Positions 56,201-58,424 of a stretch of 64,000 bases of DNA are shown here, one piece after another (within the stretch, counting starts at the first letter, position 1; the number at the start of each line of letters is the position of its first letter). The DNA is taken from the NCBI GenBank assembly GCA_963666285.1, contig OY762711.1; one strand, written 5' to 3'. The notes under the pieces are model-generated. The model was not told the DNA's origin and searched no databases. It worked only from the letters and a program-made list of their open reading frames with translations. This DNA comes from Sedimentisphaerales bacterium (GTDB lineage: Bacteria > Planctomycetota > Phycisphaerae > Sedimentisphaerales > SM23-30). Position numbers and translations under genes: made by a program.

Positions 56201-57796
56201 ATCACCGGCAGCAATAGTTCCGTTAAGTACAGCCCCATCGGTAAAATCAAAACTGTCATTGCCGCTGCCGCTGATAATTTGAGAAATGCCATTATCGATC
56301 TTTATTGTGTTTATGCCGTCCGGGGCATCATACAAATCTGAATCAGCAGAAATAAAACCGGCACTATCTAAAGGATTTTCACCGTCAGAGATAAATATAC
56401 CACCATCAACATCTATAGAATAAAATAAATCCGAATCTATGAGCGACAAATCAAGGATATTTTCATTATCACCATTTTCATAAATCAGATTATCTCCCCA
56501 AACATCACTATACAACTCTAAATTGTCAGTCCAGATATACTGATAGACATATCGATCTGCACCATCCCGACCGTAAATCCGATCATTTCCTTTGCCTATG
56601 TATATAGTATTGGCAAAATCATCGCCATAAATTTCATCATCATAATCACTGCCGATTATGATTTCAAAGTTTGAGACACTGTCAGTGTTATCAGCACCGT
56701 CAGTTGCCTCATTTTTGGCAAGATCAATCCATATACCGGCAGTATCATTGATATAACTGATAATATCGGTTCCAGCTTCACCGTCGAGAGTATCTGAGCC
56801 GACATCACCGATAATATAGTCATTACCACCACCGCCATAGATAGTATTGTCATACTGATTTCCGACAAGTATATCGGCGTAATTTGTACCAATTATCGAT
56901 TCAATAGAAGTAAGCTCATCTTCATCACCAAAACCATCTGCAGCCTTATCTTCACCAAGATAAACCTCTACCCCGGATGTATCACCGGCAAAAGAAACAA
57001 AATCATTACCGGCACCACCATCAAGATAATCATCTCCACGACCACCATTAAGAGTATCATCACCATCGCCTGCCTCGATAGTGTCGTTACCAGTACCACC
57101 ACTGATTATGTCATTACCGCCATTACCGACAAGGTAGTTATCTTGTGAGTTACCAGTGATAATATCATTACCTTCACCGCCAAAAACAGTATTAAAACCT
57201 GTTGCTCCGCCGGTATAAGATGCTGTACCGGCAGAAAGGTTAACATTTACATCATATTCACTGGTAAGATCCGAATAATCCAGCGTATTGCCAGAGCCCA
57301 AAGAACAGTCGATATAGCCGGATATGGAACCACCCGGTTCAAAGACAACCGTATTGGAACCGGTACCACCAATGATGTTTTCAATATTCGCCGCTTCCTG
57401 GATAGTATTTTCACCATCAGAAACAGATATGGAGCCATCTTGATGAATTGTAAAGGATAGATCAGCTGAAACCTGTGAGAAATCAAGAGTATCATTACCG
57501 CCATCAACAGCTTCGACAATTGTATCTATTTCCCAGGAGTCCTGGAATTTATAAACATCATTGCCAAGCATGCCTTTCATCAGATCCTGGGTATCCGCTA
57601 CACTCAGCAGTATATCATCCGAATCTGTACCCAGGACTTCATTTAATTCATTCTGGTCATTGGAAGAACCGTTAAGCAGCAATCGCCGCTCAAGAAATTC
57701 GAGGGATAAATTTTTGTTTATGCCTATCTCGCGTATTTTATCACGACGGGAATCACGTTTTTTCTTTCTCCAAAATAATTTTTCTAAACGGTTCAT
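26210..57796 (-). CDS. Giant (10,528 aa) extracellular adhesin: LExRxLL N-terminal motif, RTX Ca-binding repeats, long beta-helical filamentous region, C-terminal lectin-like domain
   Basis: Uninterrupted 31.6-kb ORF; SLEFLERRLLL after a basic N-terminus; very many GGxGxDxL repeats; AVGGSVxVNT repeats; GGAG SD before ATG. Confidence 0.92.
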   Translation of the reverse strand: MNRLEKLFWRKKKRDSRRDKIREIGINKNLSLEFLERRLLLNGSSNDQNELNEVLGTDSDDILLSVADTQDLMKGMLGNDVYKFQDSWEIDTIVEAVDGGNDTLDFSQVSADLSFTIHQDGSISVSDGENTIQEAANIENIIGGTGSNTVVFEPGGSISGYIDCSLGSGNTLDYSDLTSEYDVNVNLSAGTASYTGGATGFNTVFGGEGNDIITGNSQDNYLVGNGGNDIISGGTGNDTIEAGDGDDTLNGGRGDDYLDGGAGNDFVSFAGDTSGVEVYLGEDKAADGFGDEDELTSIESIIGTNYADILVGNQYDNTIYGGGGNDYIIGDVGSDTLDGEAGTDIISYINDTAGIWIDLAKNEATDGADNTDSVSNFEIIIGSDYDDEIYGDDFANTIYIGKGNDRIYGRDGADRYVYQYIWTDNLELYSDVWGDNLIYENGDNENILDLSLIDSDLFYSIDVDGGIFISDGENPLDSAGFISADSDLYDAPDGINTIKIDNGISQIISGSGNDSFDFTDGAVLNGTIAAGDGDDTLDYSAYSTGISVDIPAGLAAATSGISGIEIIVSSQGDDTIIGGADTEISYKGSESGVSINLGTGSQEQVGDSGQDSFTSVVNLDGSAYDDILLGSDGNNKLIGLEGNDTLTGKDGNDKYIFSDSWGVDTVIENADEGTDTLDFSQVTTDIVFTFHVDGTFSVSSEDGSLYYVANIEKIIGGSGDNIYTFEDGAVFNGDIVGSSSNDDTIGTATLDYRQYNSSVTVNLSSKSADGVAGSVSKIDNIYGSSYGDFLTGDSGDNIIVGGAGADEITGGGGSDTASYRFAPVGVTVYLGNNGTNTGYALGDTFDGIENLEGSDFADTLYGNSEDNIFIGNGGADKLYGNGGNDTAAYIYSTIGVIADLASGSSNDGDEYFEITNLTGSAFDDILTGSSLDNVIDGGEGNDIIEGLTGDDIIIGGEGIDIASYRLSGSAVAVTLDADGEEQDTLSAGLDTLSGIEGLVGSQFDDILVGNNTSNILEGYLGNDTLIGSGGSDTYQFGDLWDNDTILEVAPDYENDAEESLGDSEDVLDFSTSSSDVTITIHTDQTVSLAVNNNTIISHIGNIEKIIASLGTTIIAFEDGAEFAGTIEGTTDGILTLDYSSYTTDISVNLDVQDDETLAQAQGTDGVRFVDNVYGGSGNDTIVGGSGDNYLYGNAGDDSIEGREGNDVIYAGAGDDSVLGGAGDDTIYGGDNNDNLEGGEGDDIIYGGLGDDAISGGEGTDEVSYADMTTSVTVNLSISGAQDTGAGLDTISGITNITGTDEVDILTGNDEGNYIFGGEGNDEIYGLDGDDTLEGGLGNDTIVGGQGVNTVSYQKSMTGVTIKLTQKQQDNGQNDIDELYNIQNVIGSDLNDTIYGNQASNKIITGAGNDTIYGAGGSDIIFSGSGNDTVYGEAGDDLIYGGSGDDELYGGADNDVIAGNEGINIIDGGGGTNAVSYAGASAGVTVDLGKASSQNTYGAGVDTLVFINDIIGSDYADTIYGNDSDNVISAGGGDDIIFASTGADEIYGDAGTDVITYELAGQGLTINLASPSNNTGIAAGDSYESIENVIGTAYSDTITGDSADNYLIGGDGIDYIYGGDGDDTLEGSSGSDKLYGQDGSDWVSYVNSGAVTVNLDVFTGSDGIYTDDLDSIENIIGSAFADSITGDSNDNIIIGGLGADTIDGFGGTNTISFADAATGVTVRLSGGVTGTGDEADGDSYVNIQNIIGSDYDDILFGDSNANYIFGRSGNDYIYGGLAADILEGGEGADIIIGGGGSDTASYANDESAVTVSLDGEAEDGYSNIDTLSGIYNLIGSEYDDTLSGSVFSNNIYGGDGDDTIIGSLGNDNIYGQDGSNTISYVDSSNFVTVDLLSGSAWGVFIGVDNLVDIANITGSVYNDILTGNSDDNIIDGGKGDDKIYGGNGADTLIGGYGNDYLNGQDGSDTVSYEYSENYVIVNLGLSFGMDETGQDNDELVSISNVTGSEYDDIIYGDYHDNIIYGLGGNDNIQAAAGNDIVYGGEGNDTILGQAGDDIILGGLGLDSLDGGSENDTISFADDISGIVVDLLNGQAIDGEENVEVIAGFENAIGSEYDDFIYGSNEANILTGGDGDDYITALDGDDIVEGGYGDDELVGGSGIDTVSYASAEMEVEVDLSILTSQFTYGADNDEIRGFENLTGSAYDDILRGDSEDNIINGGDGDDILEGRGGAADTLNGGEGSDTASYANSTEMVQVDLSGTNPALGDAVGDVFDSIENLEGSAQNDFLYGRADESNIIIGGGGADTIDGGGGNKADTVSFAGSEEAVTVDLEAGTGLGGDAEGDVYTNITNVIGSPYNDRLIGSSLGSNISGGLGDDLIILNDGDNIVDGGFGDDTISYELYSGVTVNLSITDAQPVTAANDDTIANISNIIGSPGIDILIGNEYSNVLTGGAGGDTLIGGDGSDWVSYQDSGPVTVYLDSANGLSSGSDAGGDTYNGIENVIGSSYGDTIYGDAGDNIIKAGAGSDFVYGLAGNDTLIGSWGNDTIDGGDNEDTVSYEYSISGVTATLGATASENGYTDTLLNLEILIGSDYDDILTGDSSANEIYGGLGDDVLEGMDAGDILDGGAGRDIASYANSTNGVTIDLNIPANNTYHAAGDDFVSIEVFQGSDHADFFYGDSSNNIFIGGAGGDRFDGRGGSDTVSYETSTTGVTVYLGNNGTNTNDALGDNFTDIENVIGTDQVDTIHGDGNSNIIIGGLGDDFLYGEGSVDTVSYLNTPIDASNTGVTVNLETSQVSGPAGADTISGFENIEGTEGDDILTGDSGDNIIYGAGGSDTINGNGGNDVLICGTGNDIYDFNGNYSSLTIIDSDKITISSDINIAGDLSLISGDSIELAENVTISTRINPSGVLTQFGAVNLTAPDIYLKSGSQILTYADTASGIAGGDINLTATKTPIDTASAIWQYIGIAIMETFSPVVVEVDVVSIDIDNAVLHGENITIKAVADTSMIYDLEEDSVAEEVVGNIQDFLDLTIFQLIGGVSVSVADSRITIGSGTVIDGANVVIDAQAVSEANVTVGSIFVGVGVAVSVPTAEVTVEDQVQINASGNLDMLSSAYSGVNVSVQHDIFYGTSLPEKLDKLQVFNFALAIGVSVPTSVTTVQDGAVLDVTGDFNMKSEIFKDSSIEAEAETHKDGYVAAGVAVSVFVGTAQASFNGTVTAGGNVTISAVQTMESDGLSASTEFPEDNDNPGDIQSLAKKAVMGIANKVKKKNAANKDDANKSNSEDTNKTGDDQKNQSQSRKIAFAPALALQAHVSMVDAYIGSNAKVESDMGSVSVDASNMLSPKIGASSEIENDKNSNTTSIGASIVLAGYVNLTNAYIAGGAVVDAYEDITVHAESGYEWYFEYSWEGVGTSLQDIGGDDSIVSQVESVFTEVTTTDLNDISIMDGITDSIGGLFTSNVKSSISGGTTGLAGSVNISAYVNVANAYIGENAVINSDLNRSGSQDVTVEAETSSIIISNTGVGGLGFGVSGAKNAAGGSLYIGANVNITNADIKGGVSLYADTLKVNAETTNVNVSIASAAGKGSSAGISGSGNIIVIVNSTRANIDGDAQITTGNGIIEGTNDSVLVNADDTTIVANIAGSISKGKDTAVGVSIGANVVVRNTRAIIGNLDEADPTGYLYSAGNVSLSADNMGGIVAIAAAGTFQEGKSGQESKSKKTMRDISNSLKSIPRSIGKSILTKLPGGVDGVSETGTLFGKTIDWSKINKAQQDKLNEKFQDAQPDTEKYQPKFGTSISGSVTANIIVENLQSSVYYANITGADSLSAKAVNTTGIVSVAGSVAYSGKEAKKGVAFAGAATINVIVDSTRSHIQNSSVSVAGDINVSSMTIGGIVELSFSLGICRAEKGVAVAGSVTAGNIIQTTKAYIDDSIVTANGNVNIYSLNGSGIISVAGAVSSGTTAAVGASIVIGTMVESAYGYISDSIVNAADINIDTIDATVCVGIALAGGFSKGGVAVPISIAVSTVVTEVESYISADGGTTYINSSGDINLNTTNGAVVVYAAGSLGISTKGDSDSKAQGAAGASVVVTTYVANVSSNISGTHCEFDPESNTAVNDNDNTITFASEHYLQTGDVVVYDLNGDGLAVEGLSDGTTYYVIRVDNQTIKLAADSADALSGTAIDIAPAQSDNNSAVHQLKKLVIDAVNDINMTTVNGLVFVDFAVAGQGGGKFTLGGSVLVNTLVTDVSTFMHDVAVNPSGNTGMKTIDGSVIVSLAGSIQIAGSEGKVAAGASIIISTTVYDTDTYLSDVIFGYSADSDNLDMQTSYGAVTAALSVSGQGGGEFTLGGSVLVNTLTSDTETYIEDSSVFVANDISMKTFDGSVVASAAGSFQISAKGKASAGAAISINTLVNNANTYIDSSSINSASDVGDSLYMEAVNGSVIFNIAISGQGADKFAAGGSLVVNTLVSETQSYAKDSFIWLSDYADMYSLNCAVVGAVSGAIQVATGGAAIGASIAVNTLVADTRSFLDNTIYGSQSSRNGSLRLDAFNVSEIVSGSISGQGAGKFALGGSITVNTVVNETQARIQNNSVVYTDSYGDIELTAEDYAINIALAGSLQVATGGAAIGASVAVCTVANTIEALVDNSTIDTAANINLLADSNSIIAVLALGGQGADKFALGGSVTVNTVAQDINAAIINGSDVYTTGNIDMNAYDLAVIGNVAGSGQVAVGGAAIGAAVSVNTVSDDVFSGIKNSKVFADTTSTDLHSFALSNVNVSDSLDTITFNNNHGFDTGDAIVFTQGVSEIENISANKTYYVIKVNNKTIKLAESLDDAQADTSIDIAELDPYYQFNYSSSLTVQPGSDIDNNVVQTQAKHKLSTGDIVTYHSGSEVTITGLDQDEEYYVIYVDENSFKLADSYADAVAGNAVTISMPATESDHTFEKQITLDFIPSSAVSSSEDTITFTSPHNLNDGDTLVYSSNDIGFLPGLIDGRTYYVVVVDDYSIRVTGTLSDTNPDSESVVDLQYVADAAETTMVIRTGGGTINIYAENSTVIGNVAVAGQIAQYAAVGGSLPINTIANSTIAGISGDADVDAANDISLYAGDMSIIGSVSGSGQGAVYAAVGAGVSVNTIANDVKAYIDGSTVDAGNDISIKAENMSLIGNVAVAGQASIYASVGGSFAINTLVSNTEAYISNNADVHADNNIDMMAENTSVIGSASGSVQAAVYAAVGISVSVNTIVNNVSAYIDSAEVSAGNDIMIKADNLAVLGSVAVGGRAAVYASVGGSIAVNTIANHTSAYITNSTTGDKGVTADNITLDAHDLSVNGTFTGAFNGAAFAAVGGALSVSVVANEVDAYIDNSKVIAYDSLNLESDNEATIYNIVISGQAAIAGVGGSVAVNVVAGTTESYIFGSNITAGDTEILAKDNSNNSVITGSFQGGVAAVGIAVSVNILDSTVNAYADNTVFNVDNQLAIQVENNTRINNIAVAGQLGGAAVGGSVAVNTLTSESAAYLSDSVDVNIGTLNVKIDDNSKISAITGAIQAGGASMGVAVSVNTSVKDINAYIENSTVKASEKVSVETVDNASVANIAVSGQLSAAASQGGSVAVNTVVNDVNSYIVDSNITSVENSDLISDGVYVTATDNSHIEAIAGSVQLAAAASYGIAVPVNTIANNLQAYIDNTEVSDVNILTVYADNSPYIKNISASGQGAMIAVGGSVSVNTIVNDTRACITNGSEIYASGDITVSAEDNSYIEGVAGAAQIGLGAVGASISVNTIDIDINSYVNGSDLWTDSDITVYAADNAEIDNLTFSGQAGAIALGGSVVVNTIESSVNAYIGSGSLIAQAQKATVHALSSPYIHTEGVSGSLGLVALGGVVAVSTYTTDVNAYIADGVEVGQQTLSLVDDLEVFAEIDADIRAEVYSGAAGIVAGTGAFNFVTVNPSAHAYIGNSDIYTNDSVTVKAVSTISAEASADGGSAGGVAIGAMVADISVTEGAVKASIKDNAVISTSFLTVYADSDDDLHVHTVAGAAGAIGIAGANSSISDELDTLVELGDNIDINVDTIQLTAYHLQDVDSSADSYSFGLAAGAGAGAYNDIYTSANINIGENTSVDADIIIINAVNKLVKDRYADSSNLRTGSAGIGNVSVLISSTDIGKSDDKFQAVVNVGQGTTLKANGSNSSPGIIQIDALTDVLAIDNIRIETVSGLGLSIGESVITTYTDSSINLDGAVLENVSGDVSLGAKTNSSANPSANMLSIAAVSTLVSAEAKADTHADNSITVNNSTIKGSDINIFAGQSSGLIPNLIDSLANTELTAASLAPNIVLPNPQSYIAETNTVNLTGNTIIRSLEDVQLTAVEGLGGSDRAATSGLSLSLSLIPYGEEVTGQKSVSSVNDVTIADTVSIEAGVNNVTLLHILPMTLNGEAQLDPARLGQPLTDSEKADLGLDVSLNYEYAAINLDDISFNITSDTIIKVISGYNSGGIVDHYYSYIGSGSDSDLNSLESNSDSIILQNEDFSDTSRWEHLGATLTDEQVEDNAVYDSDVTAIFKDELQGKFYVIKPVAMDAPTLSFVNMGNLLVEQRNTIVQWMVSHSTNSEALARYQVQLDLIDQALTDLGLLETVTSNGQTTTVINTELDTVFIELPEIYAVPGSIFIDVDGKDSSDYDYLVGTQLVARSGAQIEILNKTPFTMSLNDTVIRDNKKVTIIDGIFTVQQPGNVYVNNNQLTSVTDTDTVKEITVNQDAYSASAYDLGSLDLPSISQDIYVTGDIVNENGDVYISNVEGSINVNGEIRAEQVEIHAGVDFNLNSDDWLHTGSDPRQYIDYTALRESAYNSSDPITYYSYTGGVSGLDDAIDQSSSAILAQGNISITARYLNVNGLIQSGVDTITLTIDADFNPGNQTVTFTDAKGNALDGLSFGEYNVPVDGYFDAAKQAIVLDDIIPAGGNITLAGQIMSTGNGEIRVAHGYTSVEIVNNSAYELILGEIDTTTDRVGKITIIDTATLVKTEYVVSGDTVLENVYNGEKTSTGSSEGGIVSTISYTLDQNASATHGINDSIQYETREGLYYVWVEGQELLDVTVTKYEKNSFNLFGDNALADWLSKDNSYAWQVTKYIDGQPLLESESLVMAGTSEMPDYADGTVYAIDYEQKDNTGVDLVPGVTQVRDTNFVVYKFTGTEQIDSVLLSTVDFTDTTLWTPNGVVVGDQFEDPTLDKYDKDYVNSSYSVVQWTTGGGWLRKKTVHTKITEISGKVDYYTHALKADYPIDITFVHGSDTPSINITSVGSIYMQGNITSPEQGSVTLNSKSGSISGVDTVAVFGVSPTIITGSTTKTSSVSKADTDPVLAAGSVVINVEGGHDPINLNTTGDIVINVISTGSDDNQLRVESITTDGNIYINAPDGIIAYDQNSIISGNRIEIYADNGSVGSAAQPLLIDSDVAGSGGLSVLSDGDIYVTEVAGDLNLLQPEYRDNVDISILSETGDVVLDVISGSVLDSISEQYNPSSVINTADLTPEVQAKIADGELQSADFVLSPSLMKYLYPDAYVRGSTGSSAELLNISANNITITTSGTDSQVGFITEPVYIDLSNGFDDPLLTDSQKQLLASATVDDIFGFQYAMYVYSGSNANSVDLSMVDFTDPGWTQINYDFITNLEKTDQVVSINTGQLVLMQYDSARYGLYEYQGANGSVNLAAQDYSDQQTWKPFSYDYTNASGSTADLKSGQIVADINVVTSLVLQTWADVNVKASGTIIVDSAGGVALETEGDISIAGIHSNGKVRIVSDGSILDDAASSGGAVATLDDVILISSGDIESTDGVSPFNVTIAATGTLSAYAPGDITINQDEGSISKGTRQFNAADLVIGTISADGTVDIHTSNGNIIVGTVSSDTAIVLSTDNGSVLDDIVDSVRDLISDNILISAPNGAVGSAQSDLDFTFNTANSPVLNINTLNNIDIAYSSGSFTLTDNLVMESAAGDITFTINRSKVSGNDLSLSGGDNLIKAPSGTVRFNVPGDIYVYNSDSVQNAQKIVLQGDSDSQNAGTYIEINNVFNVPLEAYGNTASDQFVINTVSYTVGIQSWLLDGANSSDSYTINLSGTGSSDISILDSGITGSDTLTVNATGNDDTLLSRLDYIALVHPDGFNQYGKQLYADDYELISYNNAIDQLVINTLDGDDTVAVDDNSALTEINTGIGADRIQVGQLYATQPSGPATIKVTQGYLTNGVSYETTVNSGDGNDEFNIYHNLATLNLNGEDGDDTFIVRAFVDRTTNISGGQGVDTFKYAVNSPVYIDGGDGNDRLVLFGTELDDIFVVTEDHIYGAGLDVKMNNVETLLLDGELGDDSIYVLSTSSVFSTVLLGSFGNDTFNIGGAPAGVNLNDLVVTGSGDNLVANNNLDGINGPVRIEGGSGQDDDLSALYDPVTLPGENEDDESFDNNTGIDINEQESQDTLNIYNDSVNSAQSGVLTGDNFYGFNLPDSATISNVVYPAGLVFHDMENANIYLGSGNDIINVRRNDTDITSIYTGSGSDTINVGSNAHDSSNTSGTLDSISGRLNIYAGSGAGTDLLSLDDSGDYNSNIGQLTDTLISGLGMSGFGIYYSQLENIDISLSNGADRFTVHSTHSTAANISSNSGDDIVEILSVSGEIQIDTGNDNDTVSIGSLYDSTESVTGNSGLLNDISGSLAVSAGSGDDTIFFDDSDESLDSLGTVTGNTVSGFGISNLSESITYADFEAFYLNTGKAADNVTVESIITGTNSINTHSGNDIVSIKTIQGQLNLDTGADDDTVTISDDSNTVDSIDDYLALEAGIGSDILYLDDSGDTVDNTAVLNADIITGFGLSESGLFYTSFEQIELLAGSGNDIIDIIDTHLEKTIINSAVGNDQINIKKISGYTELNNSAGADQVNIGTNAPDTNGTVADINSLLVINGSGLDTVNVDNTASTDDDILNLTSDAITGLSLEDAINYYNIAFLNVNLGFGSEIVNVKSTSANTTLTLNDGDESIYVSSDAALTNAEHNDYLTGNVNAINGNLNIIAGSGSHTLQVSNESDTADYDDIRITNTPDDTAVSGEISIINLAPGTISYSANPAGDFVNGITYFLGSGADTVNIDAAHYRQGIQTVTGLITGLGDDSVAISLADSSDGRLIVDTQGRNLLTGSASDNDTVEASQSTLPLIIFGGQGNDTITGSQADDIIIADRGLVTTDNFVLGNGLAVNTSAENIWLYNDISSVEAPGFGDDIIDGLIGSLVAIGGLGSDTIKAATGNHTVAGDRASIQFESSDNTALITNFSAIDTALGGDDTIELGTGINDVIAGSGSDDITITGGLSSVISDNGTITYSRNSETGFVLYNVQAVDPDYYGDDTVNITSSHAVVIAGSGKDNVTAEAETAAFVAADNASAQYDTLDAAITSITIETIDYLSGDDDTVTTGQGDDVIFGGLGDDTISAGAGSDHILGDYGSYNSTADPNERMVSLADDITGGNDTLSGGDGDDFIMGQQGDDTIYGNAGQDDIFGGHNMFDAVDGSDTIDGGDDADVIVGDNAVISRRYDSDQWLSYPEPFADVIRDVTRNLVTPGVYGNDIITGGLGDDRIFGQYGDDTIYGNAGNDEIIGGLGSDDISGGSESDILIANEGTIYRGYDDSGNPLINEDGSWHRDVMLEDIAQVTSIISTSGRLDLADQLIASMLFESDMVIAVGQFNQDNSKVTSDNTWQTYLLGIDILQIVSNTIDGGDGNDYIFGYRGDDYLYGSDGNDTIFGDSASNIVTTDSDLPYIYNGVRLIADIAQEGSGVVISQLGTVLSSPVTIEPQSVNVASPFVYSSAIGSVLPDSVQQYVLDNDVSDIPLDDSTSLRPYFSIIPDVAGHTDVLDGRDIIEAGDGDDLVMADGGTFQSELTYELDSITDARDTVWDSIQQLSYSLSGLALDYEYLTGANADTYYLEVGNDSVIGGSGDDIIFGDDGLIVKSFVNGMPDLEYRYMDQAKQLQDYLLDAAWVATDIDSALFQMHHQVIGDMIEDVGAENSKKYKIAASDQVDPDLHALVVNNDIIDSGLGNDLVVGDNGTLISASVDAGPYTAGDDSDIDPSLVSNVDSILAKSASDWLKDLKKHQNSLKLDSLKYANNQLDDITWDYSYTQSIHNNIIQNEDGQDIIFGNAAVIAVPVVDLGSYEDQKLADRDISNLLKDLSTFINDRYDTQYSISPSTWHHNNYIDRGGNKTKITLNAGNDTIVSTSSQDIIFGDSASIFGIVTSGLSDTYLPDRNIKFNVANLDVSRQLKHTLQDYDASTSTIDSENISVDGASLVLGQWGDDVMTSTSEDSVLIGGTGKDQIDSVLGSISNGGSNTLSPTYNELIGGLLFNSIDSQGKVLLDTESSAISDRAELVFNHAIGMRLDLSSMPAGSQSDLLDEAVTVAVTEKKTQAVMQLLDSGTLADYSEISATVNIDSLGRGYSIEGYIIFDYVSETNFKFAGINASKNKLVIGHRTEDGWVIDSRVSAKLKKDTDYSLRLVLNGNVASIMLDSSKTVAFTFDSSVTDGGMGLGTYNSSASFSDLKALFPTRI

Positions 57797-58424
57797 GGCA
57801 GCACTCCTGGGTATTTCAAAAATTATTTTTAATGTGTTAAGACACTTATTTTTATATTATTATAAACATGCCTGATAAATAAATTTACAGACATAGATTT
57901 ATATACTTTAAAACTGAAATAATGACCTTCAATAATATTTATTTTCTGTATTTAGTGAAAGCCGCACTCTTCTCAGCCCTGATAATTTTAAGACTCCCCA
58001 GGCAGAATAAAACCTTAACCGGCAGTTTCTCTGATCAAAATATCTCAATAATTTTTGCTAAGAGTAATTACCATCAAGATTTAAATCATATATTCTGCAA
58101 ATATTAATTATATGAAATGAAAGAAGGAAAAACAAATTTAATTCCATTTTTTGCGACACCAAACAAAAAGATAACAGACGACACAAGAGGTTATTGAGCA
58201 ATAGCTTATGAGCATTTACCCAATAAGAAAAAACCTAAATATACTTGCAATAATTGGAATTAAAATGCACAAATTAACAGACAATTTGCATTTAAGGTTT
58301 AAGATAGGTAATCTATGCAAAAAAAATGTCATTAGAATACAAGCATTTATTGTATAAACATTTAATAATTTATTAATATGATTATTTCATCCGCGACTTT
58401 GCTACTGCAATATGTGTAGTTTTT

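Noticed and set aside
26210..57796. Diversity-generating retroelement or MARTX effector domains in the giant protein
   Set aside because: No reverse transcriptase, no TR/VR pair differing at adenines, and no cysteine-protease or effector motif recognised.
27022..57875. Many short alternative-frame and antisense ORFs within the giant gene
   Set aside because: Shadow ORFs caused by biased GGT/GAT/AAT codon usage in repeats.
57797..58424. AT-rich 630-bp region upstream of the giant gene
   Set aside because: Probably regulatory, but no specific promoter, repeat or RNA motif could be supported.
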